NCBI GenBank assembly: GCA_018895075.1
Contig: JAHIOW010000066.1
Coordinates: forward strand, 913 to 64,912
DNA: 64,000 nt
Source of the DNA: Candidatus Omnitrophota bacterium
Lineage (GTDB): Bacteria; Omnitrophota; Gorgyraeia; Gygaellales; Profunditerraquicolaceae
Direction of reading: 5' to 3'
Positions within the stretch are counted from its first letter, which is position 1, and each line of letters starts with the position of its first letter. Shown piece after piece: positions 29,491-40,008 of this stretch. The translations under genes were made by a program, and so were the position numbers. A model generated the notes under the pieces. The model saw nothing but the letters and a program-made list of their open reading frames with translations. It was not told the origin of the DNA and did not search any database.

Positions 29491-30575
29491 GTCGCTAAAG
29501 ACAACGCCTCCTCTACCAGTAAAATATTAGCATTGAGTCTTGAAATACCATCATAACTCAAACGCATTACTCCCAGCCTCTGGTGATCATTTATAAGTTC
29601 ATCTATAGTCTGTCTTAATATACCGCTGTGCAATTTATGGTCTTCAATTCTAATAGCACAACCTTTACTTTCTAATACCTGGGCGTTGCTGGATTGATGC
29701 CTCCGGGCATAAGGATAAGGCACGATTATTGCGGGAAGTTTGAAATACATAATCTCGGCAATTGTAGTTGCACCGGCCCTAGATAATACCAAATCACAGG
29801 CACTATAGGCATAGTGCATAGACTCTAAAAAACTGAATAATTTGGCATTAACATTTAAAGTTTGATAGCTACGTTTTAATAAATCGTAATCCCGGCTCCC
29901 GGTAAGATGGATAATCTGTATTTTTTCAATATCGGATATTGTAGATATTGCTTTTAAGAAAGCGGTATTAATATTGTGGCTACCCTGGCTGCCCCCCATT
30001 ACCAAGATGGTAAATTTATAATCGCTAAATCCAAAAAATTCCAAGGCCTTATTTCTATCGCACCTTTTTAATTGTTTACGTATAGGATTACCTGTCAGGG
30101 CTATTTTTTGCTGGTGCCCCTTAAAATAATCCCTGGTCTGGGGGAAAGAAATAGCAATCTTATTGGTAATTTTCCCCAAGAACCTGTTAGCCCTGCCCGG
30201 GATGACATTCTGCTCGTGTATTAAATTCTTTATACCAAAGACCCGGGCGAGTGAAACCATAGGTATAGATGCCAGGCTGCCAAATGCCACCACAATGGCG
30301 GGTTTAAAACTTAAGATTATAACTAGGCTTTGGAAAAACCCCTTAATAAATCCTAATATAGCCATAATATTTTTAAAATCAAGACTTAATTTAATAGGAG
30401 AAATTGAAATATAGTTAACTTGATAGCCAAGATTTTCTAACGGAACTGTTATATTTCTTTCCGGTAGAACCAAAAGCGCTCTGATATTCTTGTCTCTGGC
30501 CTTCAATGTCTCTAAAAATTCCAAGGCAGGAAATATATGTCCGCCGCTTGCACCGGTAATAACTAAAACTCTCAC
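29487..30575 (-). CDS. murG: Lipid II GlcNAc transferase MurG
   Basis: SGGHIFPA, HEQN, GNPIR, GGSQGS, RAGATT. Confidence 0.96.
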   Translation of the reverse strand: MRVLVITGASGGHIFPALEFLETLKARDKNIRALLVLPERNITVPLENLGYQVNYISISPIKLSLDFKNIMAILGFIKGFFQSLVIILSFKPAIVVAFGSLASIPMVSLARVFGIKNLIHEQNVIPGRANRFLGKITNKIAISFPQTRDYFKGHQQKIALTGNPIRKQLKRCDRNKALEFFGFSDYKFTILVMGGSQGSHNINTAFLKAISTISDIEKIQIIHLTGSRDYDLLKRSYQTLNVNAKLFSFLESMHYAYSACDLVLSRAGATTIAEIMYFKLPAIIVPYPYARRHQSSNAQVLESKGCAIRIEDHKLHSGILRQTIDELINDHQRLGVMRLSYDGISRLNANILLVEEALSLAT

Positions 30576-30608
30576 TTTAGCCTTTCTCTAATCTCAAAAA
30601 GGGGGGGA

Positions 30609-31703
30609 TCATGTATAATCTCCTGAGCGGGCGATATTCATAAGTAGCCCCACGCTAAACATATCAAAGATAAAAGAAGAGCCACCATAACTAATAAAAG
30701 GAAGCGGCAGGCCCTTTGTAGGCAATATGCCACAGGAGACTCCAATATTTATTATTACCTTAAGGGAAATCATTAAAACTAACCCCAGGCTTAAAAAATA
30801 ACCAAACTTATCCGCTGCATTCTTTATTACCTTAAACCCCTGCTGTATAAAAATTAAAAATAATATAATTATACCTATTGTGCCTATAAGGCCCAGTTCT
30901 TCTCCGATTATAGAAAAAATAAAATCGGTGTGTGCGGCAGGCAGATAAAATAATTTCTGCTTGGATTGCCCTAAACCTATCCCGAATATCCCCCCTGAGC
31001 CCAAGGCAATCTGCGACTGGATTATCTGAAAACCACTGCCTTTAGGGTCCAGCCAGGGGTTTAGGAAAGCCGCGATGCGCATCCTCCTATATGGAACGCT
31101 AAATATCAATATATATAGTACTGGCAGGCTGGCTAAAACCACAGATAAAAGATAAGATAATCTTATACCCGCTACAAAAAGCATAATAAACACCACCATT
31201 CCTAATGCCACGGCAGTCCCCAAGTCCGGCTGCATCAGGATTAATACTATGCTCATGCCTAAAACAAGTATCGGCGGCAAGAATCCCCTCAAGAAATCTT
31301 TTATTACATTGCCTCTGCGGCTAATAAAATCTGCTATATAAATGACTATAACTATGTTGGCTAGTTCTGAAGGCTGGAAACTAATAAATTTAAATCTAAA
31401 CCATCTCTGGGCCCCGAAAACTTCCCTGCCTATCCCCGGAATTAAAACTAAAACTAATAAAAAAAGTGAAAATATTAACAGGGATTTTGACCATTTTCTT
31501 AATTTTCTATAATCAATACTCATAGCTAAAAATGCAAGGGATATTCCGATAAGAAGAAAACTAATATGTCTTTTTAAGAAAAAGAAACTGTCATTATATC
31601 TCTCTGTGGCATATATGCTAGAAGCGCTATAAATCATTACTATGCCGATAGATATCAAAATAACTGTGGTTATAAATAGATTTACTCTACTATTATGTCC
31701 CAT
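30609..31703 (-). CDS. ftsW: Peptidoglycan glycosyltransferase FtsW
   Basis: YSAS, GAQRW, QPSE, QPDLG, YLPAAHTDFIF, SYGGSS. Confidence 0.95.
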   Translation of the reverse strand: MGHNSRVNLFITTVILISIGIVMIYSASSIYATERYNDSFFFLKRHISFLLIGISLAFLAMSIDYRKLRKWSKSLLIFSLFLLVLVLIPGIGREVFGAQRWFRFKFISFQPSELANIVIVIYIADFISRRGNVIKDFLRGFLPPILVLGMSIVLILMQPDLGTAVALGMVVFIMLFVAGIRLSYLLSVVLASLPVLYILIFSVPYRRMRIAAFLNPWLDPKGSGFQIIQSQIALGSGGIFGIGLGQSKQKLFYLPAAHTDFIFSIIGEELGLIGTIGIIILFLIFIQQGFKVIKNAADKFGYFLSLGLVLMISLKVIINIGVSCGILPTKGLPLPFISYGGSSFIFDMFSVGLLMNIARSGDYT

Positions 31704-32973
31704 GATGACTTTGGTTTTTAACTAAATCATAAACTGCCTTCTTAAAAACCATGCCCCTCTCCTCAAAATTAGAAAACATATCAAAACTTGAACACATCGG
31801 AGAAAGTAATATACAATCACCAGATGCGGCTTTATAAAAGGCCGCCTTTACTGCCTCTTTTAAAGTAGGTACTTCATCAATAGGTATAAAACCTCCAAGC
31901 GTATCTTTCATTTTCTCCCTGGCCTCACCCAAAATAATCATCGCTTTGACATTCCTGCGTATTAAATCCAAGATAATGCTATAATCACTACCTTTATCTC
32001 TACCGCCGGCAATTAAGATAACGGGCTTGCGGATATTTTTTAAGGCCCATATCGTGGAATCTACATTGGTGCTCTTGGAGTCATTGATAAACTCTATGTT
32101 GCCTGACTCCGCTACATGCTCTAAGCGATGCTCAACGCCCTTAAATTTGCTAAATACCTCCAAACATAATTCTTTTTCTATACCTAATATTGAACCCATG
32201 GTTAAAACTGCTGCCTGATTAGGATTTAGGCTCTGCGTCCCGGAAAAATATACAACATTGACTTTAGCCCCTTGGGCTAAATCCCTGAGCACAGGATCCT
32301 GGCTATTCAAAACTAAATAATCAGATTCGTCCTGATTCATAAATATGCGTTTTTTTGCTTTTAAATATTCTTGCATATCTTTATATCTATCCAGATGATT
32401 AAGGCCGAAATTTAGCATAACGGAGATATCGGGTTTAAACATCTCTATTGTCTCTAGTTGAAAGGAGCTTACCTCTAAAGAGACAAAATCAGATATCCCC
32501 ATTTTATCCAATTCGCCACAAAAAGAATTACCAATATTACCACAGACAAATACCTTTTTCTTTTGCGCCTCCAGTATCTTACCTATCAACGTAGTCACGG
32601 TGGTCTTGCCATTGGTACCAGTCACGGCAATTATTGTAGCCGGACACAGAATCCAACCCACCTCTATCTCGCTGATAATAGGAATCTTAAAGCCTTTAGC
32701 CCAAATCATGGGTAATGCCTCATCCGTTACCCCTGGTGAAACCACGATTAGATCCCTGCCTCTTATGAATTCCTGCGAATGTCTGCCTAGTTCAATCTTT
32801 GTATTTTTCGATTTTAATTCCAGGGCCTGCAAACGGACTAAATTATTATCTTGGGCTTCTGTCACGCTTACCTGGGCACCTAAGTCAGAAAGCACCTTAG
32901 CGCAGCTCACGCCACTGCGCCCCAATCCCACTACGGTAACTTTCTTATCCTTAAAATAATCCGTATTTCTCAT
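31693..32973 (-). CDS. murD: UDP-MurNAc-L-Ala-D-Glu ligase
   Basis: GLGRSG, GTNGKTT, EVSSFQL, HLDRY, NDSKSTN, SFDMF. Confidence 0.96.
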   Translation of the reverse strand: MRNTDYFKDKKVTVVGLGRSGVSCAKVLSDLGAQVSVTEAQDNNLVRLQALELKSKNTKIELGRHSQEFIRGRDLIVVSPGVTDEALPMIWAKGFKIPIISEIEVGWILCPATIIAVTGTNGKTTVTTLIGKILEAQKKKVFVCGNIGNSFCGELDKMGISDFVSLEVSSFQLETIEMFKPDISVMLNFGLNHLDRYKDMQEYLKAKKRIFMNQDESDYLVLNSQDPVLRDLAQGAKVNVVYFSGTQSLNPNQAAVLTMGSILGIEKELCLEVFSKFKGVEHRLEHVAESGNIEFINDSKSTNVDSTIWALKNIRKPVILIAGGRDKGSDYSIILDLIRRNVKAMIILGEAREKMKDTLGGFIPIDEVPTLKEAVKAAFYKAASGDCILLSPMCSSFDMFSNFEERGMVFKKAVYDLVKNQSHHGT

Positions 32974-32989
32974 CTAACAAGTAATACTT

Positions 32990-33009
32990 ATAACTTATGT
33001 CCTCGCCTA
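32990..33009 (+). repeat. Modular hairpin element, right-end remnant (copy B)
   Basis: ataacttatgtcctcgccta resembles cataacttatgtcctcactta at 46327-46347; overlaps the mraY stop. Confidence 0.6.
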
Positions 33010-34095
33010 TCTTATCTTTAAAGTAACTATTGTCAGGAGTGCCAGGAGGCTGGCGATAATCCAAAACCTTACGATCACCTTATTTTCTGGCCAGCCGAGA
33101 AACTGAAGATGATGATGCAGGGGCGCAATCTTGAATATGCGTTTCTTACTCAGGCGAAAAGAGGCTACCTGTAAGATTACAGATAGGGCTTCGAGAACAA
33201 ATACCCCGCCCATGATTACTAAAAGTAACTCTTTTTTTATCAACAGTGCGATTGTCCCCAAGGCCCCGCCTAAAGCTAAAGAACCCACATCTCCCATAAA
33301 AATAGAGGCCGGATAGCAATTAAACCACAAAAAACCCAAACCCGCGCCTAAAATACTAGTACAAAATATAGTCAACTCGCCGCTATCTGGGATATAAGGT
33401 ATTAATAGGTAACGGGAAAGGTTCATATTCCCTGATACATAACTTAAAACACTAAGAGTAAAAGCTACCATAATAACATTACCTATGGCCAAACCATCTA
33501 ACCCATCGGTAAGATTTACAGCGTTAGAAGTGCCGGTTATCACCAAAATTACAAATAGTATGTAAAAAATACCCAATTCTAAAGAAATATTTTTTAAAAG
33601 CGGTATATCTAGACTTGTACTATTTTCAGGGCTTAAGAAAAGGATAACTCCTAAAATTGAGGCTAAGACAATCTGGCTAGTAAACTTGGCAGTAGCAGTG
33701 AGGCCTTTAGAGCATTTTCTGACATGTTTTAGATAATCATCAATGAATCCGGTTATGCCTAACCAGATAGTGGTGGCTGAGGCAATTATTATATACTTAT
33801 TAAAGATATCTGCCCAGAGCAATACCGAGAATAACACTGCCAACAATATGAATATACCGCCCATTGTGGGCGTATTCTGTTTGTCGCTATGTAATGCATA
33901 TAATTGCTTACTGTCTTCCTTCCTTATGTTCTCGGTTATTTTTAATCTGGTGAGCCATTTTATTACTAGCGGACCAAAGATAATACTGAGCAAAAATGAG
34001 GTCAATGCCGCCATAGCGGCACGAAAGGTAATATAGCGAAAGACATTAAAGACAAAGATTATATTATGTAAGGGATAAAATAAATAATATAACAT
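33007..34095 (-). CDS. mraY: Phospho-N-acetylmuramoyl-pentapeptide transferase
   Basis: TPTMGG, GFIDD, NAVNLTDGLDGL, FMGDVGS, APLHHH. Confidence 0.97.
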   Translation of the reverse strand: MLYYLFYPLHNIIFVFNVFRYITFRAAMAALTSFLLSIIFGPLVIKWLTRLKITENIRKEDSKQLYALHSDKQNTPTMGGIFILLAVLFSVLLWADIFNKYIIIASATTIWLGITGFIDDYLKHVRKCSKGLTATAKFTSQIVLASILGVILFLSPENSTSLDIPLLKNISLELGIFYILFVILVITGTSNAVNLTDGLDGLAIGNVIMVAFTLSVLSYVSGNMNLSRYLLIPYIPDSGELTIFCTSILGAGLGFLWFNCYPASIFMGDVGSLALGGALGTIALLIKKELLLVIMGGVFVLEALSVILQVASFRLSKKRIFKIAPLHHHLQFLGWPENKVIVRFWIIASLLALLTIVTLKIR

Positions 34096-34096
34096 A

Positions 34097-35461
34097 TCAG
34101 CCCCTAAAGACCTCTTCCATCCTCATCAAGCGGGAACCTTTAACCAGAACTATATCGTCTTCTTCTGGAACTATCTTATTAAATAAAATATTAGCCGCCT
34201 CTTGAACAGAATCACAGATAAATATATTCTTAACATCCAGGCCGCAAGACTGCGCTGTCTGGGCAGCCATTTTAGACAATTTGCCTACGGTTATAAGGGC
34301 GTCGCAGACGCCGGCGGCTCGACGGCCCGCTTGGCAATGGAACAATTTTTTGTAATTTCCCAATTCCAACATATCGCCCATCACCAAGATTTTTTTACCT
34401 TTTGTCCTGAAATTATTCAGCGTATTTAAAGCCTGCCCTAAAGAAACGGGGTTAGAATTATATGTATCGTCTATAAATCTTACCTTGTTTAATTTTATAA
34501 CCTTAAGCCTGCCTTGCGGAAAGTTAAAAGTAACCAGCCTAGATTTAATATCTTTATATTCAATGCCAAATATACGTGCCACAGCTACAGCAGCCAAGGC
34601 ATTATAAATATTATAATACCCTAATGTCTTTAATGTAAACCTATATTTTAGACCTGCCAAAAATTCTATTTTCGTATTAAAGATTTTGATATCTGTGGCG
34701 GAAAAATCACACTTATGCTTAATAGCGAATCCGAAAATAATTGGTTTTTTTATTTTTCTTGCTGTTTGTTTTCTTAGTGGCCCGCTATCGGCGTTTAATA
34801 TAGCAATATATGGTTTTTTTAGATTTTCTATTAACCTGTATTTTTCTCTAAATACTCCCTCTAAATTATGGAAATATTCAAGATGGACAGGCCCGATATT
34901 AGTAATTATGCCTATATTGGGCTGACATATTGCGCCCAGATAATCAATCTCGCCAAAGTGGTTTGTCCCTAACTCCAAAACAGCAATATCATGTTCGGGC
35001 CTAAGATTAAGTAAAGCCAAAGGTAGGCCTATATGGTTATTCTTTGTGCCTTCGTTCTTCAGGACATTAAATTTTTTAGACAATATCCAGGCAATCATCT
35101 CTTTGGTAGTAGTTTTGCCGTTGCTGCCAGAAATAGCGATAACAGGAATATTGAATTTACGGCGCTGGTATCCAGCGATATCACCTAATGCCTTTATTGT
35201 ATCTTGCGCCTCTATGAAAGTTACATTTTTCTGCTTCTGTAATGCCCCCTGCTGGCAAGAGGCTATGATACATGCCGCCCTTTTCTTAATCGCCTCGGCA
35301 ATAAAACCGTGTCCATCGAGATTAACTCCTTTTATAGCAATAAAGGCTTCTTGAGGTTTGATTGTTCTGGAGTCTATAGAGATACCCCTGGCAATAATAT
35401 CTCCTCTACCCTGGATTAACTTACCTCCAGTAGCTTCTAATAGTTCATCGACTTTAAACAT
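34097..35461 (-). CDS. murF: UDP-MurNAc-tripeptide-D-Ala-D-Ala ligase
   Basis: IDSR, GSNGKTTTKE, DDTYNSNP, GDMLELG, KGSR. Confidence 0.96.
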   Translation of the reverse strand: MFKVDELLEATGGKLIQGRGDIIARGISIDSRTIKPQEAFIAIKGVNLDGHGFIAEAIKKRAACIIASCQQGALQKQKNVTFIEAQDTIKALGDIAGYQRRKFNIPVIAISGSNGKTTTKEMIAWILSKKFNVLKNEGTKNNHIGLPLALLNLRPEHDIAVLELGTNHFGEIDYLGAICQPNIGIITNIGPVHLEYFHNLEGVFREKYRLIENLKKPYIAILNADSGPLRKQTARKIKKPIIFGFAIKHKCDFSATDIKIFNTKIEFLAGLKYRFTLKTLGYYNIYNALAAVAVARIFGIEYKDIKSRLVTFNFPQGRLKVIKLNKVRFIDDTYNSNPVSLGQALNTLNNFRTKGKKILVMGDMLELGNYKKLFHCQAGRRAAGVCDALITVGKLSKMAAQTAQSCGLDVKNIFICDSVQEAANILFNKIVPEEDDIVLVKGSRLMRMEEVFRG

Positions 35462-36903
35462 TTTTCTATTACCCTGCGGTCTGCAAAGGGAATTACCCTA
35501 TCTTTCAATATCTGGTAATCCTCATGGCCTTTACCCGCTACTAATATAATATCACCCGATTTAGCCAAAGATAACGATTTTCTTATCGCCTCTTCTCGCT
35601 CGAGCATGACACAGAAGTTTTCTTTCTTTATCCCTTTCTTAATATCTTCTATTATCGCTTCAGGGTCTTCTGAGCGCGGGTTATCAGTAGTAATAATAGC
35701 GTAATCAGCCAATTCAGATACTACATAACCCATCTTGGGCCTTTTTGTCTTATCACGTTGGCCGCCACAGCCAAAAACAACAATAATCCTGCCAGAAGCC
35801 AATTGCCTTAAAGTACTGATGACATTCTTCAGCGCATCTTCGGTATGGGCATAATCTAGGAAAATCAAAAAATCTAAAGGCGCATCTACCCTCTCCAGCC
35901 TCCCCGGGACATAAGAAAATTTCTCAATCGCAGATTTTATTGTAGGCAGTTCTAACCCTTCTCTTAAAGCCCAGGAAACTGCCGCTAATATATTATATAC
36001 ATTATGCCTTCCGATCAAACTGGTTCTAAAATTTGTCTGGCCTTTAATAGTGGTCAATAAAAATTCCGTATGCCAGATATCAAACTTTATCTCTCCTGCC
36101 ATGACATCCGCCTGATTTTCTACTCCATATGTAATTACCTCTGCAGGGGTTAATCCTTTAAGTATCCTGCCATATTCATCATCGTTATTAATAATAACAA
36201 AAGAATTTAAACCAATATTTTTAAAAAGCTTGAGCTTCGCCTGAAAATAGTTTTCTAATGTTTTATGATAATCTAGATGTTCTGGAGTTAAATTGGTAAA
36301 GATAGCCGAGTAAAAATTTATTCCCTCAGTCCTATGTTGGTCGAGGGCGTGCGATGAAACTTCCATGATTGCATAATCAAGGCCCCCCTTCAACATTTCA
36401 GATAAGATACAGTGGAGCTCTAAAGGACCGGGAGTAGTGTTTTTTGCGGATAAAACTTTATCTTTGAAGCGATAATTAATTGTGCCTATAACTGCGGGAT
36501 TAAAATTCGCTTCTTTTAATATTGCCTCGATTAAATAAGTTACTGTGGTCTTGCCATTAGTCCCGGTAATACCTACAACCTTTATTTTTGAAGAAGGGTT
36601 CCCATAAAATTCTGCTGCTAATCTCGCTAATGCCCTGCGCGTATCTTCAACTTTTATTAAATTTATCTTATCTTGATACCTGATACCTGATACCTGATAC
36701 TGAATTAATACTGCCTCTGCTCCGCGAGCTATTGCCTCTTCAATAAAATTATGCCCATCTTCATCAATACCTCTTATAGCCACGAAGATAAAATTCTCAC
36801 CCACCAACTTAGAATCGCAACTTATACCCCTAACCTCAAAATCCTTCAGATTAGAATCCGTATGGTAACTATCTAGAGATTTGATTAATTGTATTAGTCT
36901 CAT
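35437..36903 (-). CDS. murE: UDP-MurNAc-dipeptide-diaminopimelate ligase
   Basis: GTNGKTT, TTP, MEVSSH, DYAHT, GCGG, DNPR (meso-DAP type), GKGHE. Confidence 0.96.
   Translation of the reverse strand: MRLIQLIKSLDSYHTDSNLKDFEVRGISCDSKLVGENFIFVAIRGIDEDGHNFIEEAIARGAEAVLIQYQVSGIRYQDKINLIKVEDTRRALARLAAEFYGNPSSKIKVVGITGTNGKTTVTYLIEAILKEANFNPAVIGTINYRFKDKVLSAKNTTPGPLELHCILSEMLKGGLDYAIMEVSSHALDQHRTEGINFYSAIFTNLTPEHLDYHKTLENYFQAKLKLFKNIGLNSFVIINNDDEYGRILKGLTPAEVITYGVENQADVMAGEIKFDIWHTEFLLTTIKGQTNFRTSLIGRHNVYNILAAVSWALREGLELPTIKSAIEKFSYVPGRLERVDAPLDFLIFLDYAHTEDALKNVISTLRQLASGRIIVVFGCGGQRDKTKRPKMGYVVSELADYAIITTDNPRSEDPEAIIEDIKKGIKKENFCVMLEREEAIRKSLSLAKSGDIILVAGKGHEDYQILKDRVIPFADRRVIEKCLKSMNY
36674..36701. 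repeat. (TGATACC)3-4 inside murE
   Basis: tgatacc x3 + tgatact; encodes QYQVSGIRYQ. Confidence 0.85.
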
Positions 36904-38605
36904 TGAGTGCTGTAGCGTAGTTTGCTGAAGACTCTATCTTAAGATACCGAAGAACATCATTAACTACATTCTTAAACACAGGCGCAGCTACAACTCCACC
37001 AAAATAATAGGGATGGGGTTCATCAACCACAACAACAATAGCAATAACCGGGTCTTCTACCGGAGCAAATCCGATAAAAGAGGCAATAAATTTATTATGA
37101 GAATAAGTGCCGTTGGGTTCTAATTTCTGCGAGGTTCCGGTCTTACCTGCTACTCTAAAATCAGATACCTTGGCTAATTTGCCTGTACCATTCTCTATTA
37201 CACCAGCAAGTATCGCCTTCATCCTGGAGGCAGTGTCTACGGATACAACTTTACGGATCAAAGTCGGCGGAAACCTTTTAATTGTTTCACCGTATTTATC
37301 TCGGATTTCGCTGACGAGGAAAGGCTTCATCAGTTGACCGCCATTAGCAATAGCAGATATGGCACTCACTAATTGTAATGCGCTCACGCCTATCTCTTGG
37401 CCAATGGGTATTGCTCCGATAGATAGCTTGGACCACAGCCGCGGTTCCTTGATCATACCGGAAATTTCACCCGGGAGGTCAATTCCTAACTTTGAACCAA
37501 AACCAAAGAGTCTTATATATCGATAAAGAATATCCGGCCCTAAAATCTGTGCCACTTTGGTTGTACCGATATTACTTGATTGCTCAATAACCTCTCTAAA
37601 AGTAAGCCAACCGTGCGGCCGGTGGTCATGTAGGGTATGAGTAGCTATCCGGTAAGCCCCATTTTCACAGAAGATTTTATCTTCCTCTGTTACCTTTGCC
37701 TCTTCCAATGCCGCGGAGGCAGTAACAATCTTTAATACTGAGCCCGGCTCAAATAGATCACAGACTGAACGGTTACGTAATCCCTCCCGGTTGGTATCAA
37801 CATATTCATTAAGATCAAAGTTGGGTCGATTTGCCAAAGCAAGGATTGCTCCGGAATGCGGGTCTATAACTATTATGCTGGCGCCTTTAGCGTTATATTT
37901 TTTGACTGCCTTATCCAGTTCTCTTTCCGCAATATACTGAATTATCTCATCCATAGTCAGAACTAAATCATAACCTTCCTTAGGCAAAACCATCTTTTCG
38001 TATAGGCCTAGCCTTCTCTGGCGCGCATCCCTTAAAAACAAGGCAAAGCCGCTTTCTCCCTTAAGATATCTATCATAATATAATTCGATACCCTCTAATC
38101 CTTTATTATCTAAACCTGCGAGGCCGATTATATGGCTGGCAAGATAACCGTTAGGATAACAACGCTTACTTTCTTTAATAAAATAAAGGCCTTTTATATC
38201 TAATTTCTTAATTGCCTCGGCTCTCTGTGGAGTTATCTTCCTTGCCAGCCAGATAAAACCTTTCTTACGGTATAATCTATCTTTTAAATAGCCGTAGTCT
38301 ATATTTAGTATTGGCGCAAGCTTGCTTATAATCGCCTCTTTATCTTTATCGGGTATTTCGTAAGGTACGGCATAGAGCGATTCCACTGATATATTCACTG
38401 CCTGCGGCTTAAGATTGGAATCATATATAGTACCACGGCGGGGTTCTAACTCTACATATAGATTATGCTGTTTCTTGGCAATCCCTATAAGGTAAGTTGA
38501 ACGGAAGAATTTGATAAAAAAAAGGCGGGCTATGCAGAATATTAAAAAGACAAGGAAGAATAAAAATACCGCTTTGACTCTGCGGTGATAATTGACTATA
38601 TACAC
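36869..38605 (-). CDS. ftsI: Penicillin-binding protein 3 (FtsI)
   Basis: RGTIYD, EPGSVLK, SSN, KTGT; dcw position. Confidence 0.93.
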   Translation of the reverse strand: MYIVNYHRRVKAVFLFFLVFLIFCIARLFFIKFFRSTYLIGIAKKQHNLYVELEPRRGTIYDSNLKPQAVNISVESLYAVPYEIPDKDKEAIISKLAPILNIDYGYLKDRLYRKKGFIWLARKITPQRAEAIKKLDIKGLYFIKESKRCYPNGYLASHIIGLAGLDNKGLEGIELYYDRYLKGESGFALFLRDARQRRLGLYEKMVLPKEGYDLVLTMDEIIQYIAERELDKAVKKYNAKGASIIVIDPHSGAILALANRPNFDLNEYVDTNREGLRNRSVCDLFEPGSVLKIVTASAALEEAKVTEEDKIFCENGAYRIATHTLHDHRPHGWLTFREVIEQSSNIGTTKVAQILGPDILYRYIRLFGFGSKLGIDLPGEISGMIKEPRLWSKLSIGAIPIGQEIGVSALQLVSAISAIANGGQLMKPFLVSEIRDKYGETIKRFPPTLIRKVVSVDTASRMKAILAGVIENGTGKLAKVSDFRVAGKTGTSQKLEPNGTYSHNKFIASFIGFAPVEDPVIAIVVVVDEPHPYYFGGVVAAPVFKNVVNDVLRYLKIESSANYATALNETNTINQISR

Positions 38606-38635
38606 GAATTAAGTAAATTTAACGGTTGGTGATTG

Positions 38636-38737
38636 GTAGTTCGACTTTGCTGACTATTAACCCTGTCCCTGTACCCTGCCCTAGTCTTCCAAATAGAAGT
38701 ATTCTGAGCTTATCGAAGGAGGCAGTGTCGAAGGGCT
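38636..38737. repeat. Nested REP-like inverted repeat (TTCGAC...GTCGAAGG type) overlapping the ftsL-like 3' end
   Basis: ttcgactttgctgactattaaccctg ... ttctgagcttatcgaagga ggcagtgtcgaaggg. Confidence 0.55.
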
Positions 38738-39097
38738 GATTGTCTTTGCCTCGGCTTGTCTTTTAATATCAAAGAGGCGGGATATTATATTTTCTTTCTG
38801 GGATAGTTGCCCATTTACTCTTAAGGCCTCTTTAGGCTGTCTCAATCTTACTAAATGATAAGCATAAGGCATCTGGAAATCACTATATTCAGAAACTTTA
38901 CCGGCAATGCGGATTAACGAGGCGTCTCTCTCTGTATTGTATCTTAAGAGGGCATTGTTATCAAGTAAATCTTGGAATACATTCAACTTTTTCTGGCCCA
39001 GATAGGCAAGGCGAAAGATCTCTGTCTGTTGCCAGACAAAAGCCAGAGAAAATAGGGTAATAAAGGTAATGATTGTTAGAAATTTAAATAATTTCAT
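38681..39097 (-). CDS. Putative FtsL-like cell division protein
   Basis: Single TM + coiled coil (RLAY...DNNALLRY); located between rsmH and ftsI. Confidence 0.6.
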   Translation of the reverse strand: MKLFKFLTIITFITLFSLAFVWQQTEIFRLAYLGQKKLNVFQDLLDNNALLRYNTERDASLIRIAGKVSEYSDFQMPYAYHLVRLRQPKEALRVNGQLSQKENIISRLFDIKRQAEAKTISPSTLPPSISSEYFYLED

Positions 39098-39991
39098 TTA
39101 GATCCTCTCTGCAACCCTAAACTTTGCGCTACGGCTTGAAGAATTCTCTTTTATCTCATTCCTTGTTGGCGTCAGAGGTTTAGATGTTATTATATCCAAT
39201 TCCTTCTTAGAGCTAAGCGCGCGGAAACCTAATTTTACTATACGGTCCTCTAAAGAATGAAAAGAGATAACGCATATCCTGCCCGACTTATTAAGCAACT
39301 TAACCGCCTTTGTTATCGCTACCTCTAAAGCCTCTAATTCTCTATTCACCGCAATACGGATTGCCTGAAAAGTCCTGGTCGCAGGATGTATGCGATAATG
39401 TCTATACCTATAAGGTGTCGCCCTAACTACAATATTACTTAACTGTAAGGTGGTAGCAATGGGGTGCCTTTGCCTCTCTTCTACTAAAAGACGGGCAATA
39501 CGGTTATGCCACCTCTCTTGTCCGAAGGTCCAAAGTAAATTAGAAATCTCCTCCTGCGTGAGATTATTTATTAAGTCGTAGGCAGATATATAACTATTAT
39601 TATCTAAACGCATATCCAGGGGCCCCTCATATTGAAAACTAAAACCGCGACGCGGGTTTTCTAACTGAAAAGAAGAAAGACCCAGATCAAATAATATGCC
39701 GTCTATATTTTTAATATTTAATCTTTCTAAGATTTTATCGACATCAGTAAAATTGCCGTGTACAAATTCACAGGCATCGGCAAAATCGCGTAATCTTTCA
39801 GAGGCTACGGCTAAAGACTCTTGATCCCGGTCGATACCGATAAGTTTGCCTGCCGGCATAATATGCTCTAGTATTGCACGGCTATGTCCGCCTGTGCCTA
39901 TCGTGGCATCGACTATAATCTTGCCTGGAGTTAAATTTAAATGTTCTATAACCTCGTTTAACATTACCGGAGTATGAAGTTTATTTTCCAC
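39098..39991 (-). CDS. rsmH: 16S rRNA m4C1402 methyltransferase
   Basis: HTPVM, DATIGTGGH, DLGLSS, PLDMR, FQAIRIAVN, SFHSLEDR. Confidence 0.97.
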   Translation of the reverse strand: MENKLHTPVMLNEVIEHLNLTPGKIIVDATIGTGGHSRAILEHIMPAGKLIGIDRDQESLAVASERLRDFADACEFVHGNFTDVDKILERLNIKNIDGILFDLGLSSFQLENPRRGFSFQYEGPLDMRLDNNSYISAYDLINNLTQEEISNLLWTFGQERWHNRIARLLVEERQRHPIATTLQLSNIVVRATPYRYRHYRIHPATRTFQAIRIAVNRELEALEVAITKAVKLLNKSGRICVISFHSLEDRIVKLGFRALSSKKELDIITSKPLTPTRNEIKENSSSRSAKFRVAERI

Positions 39992-40008
39992 TTTAAAAAT
40001 CTACTCTT

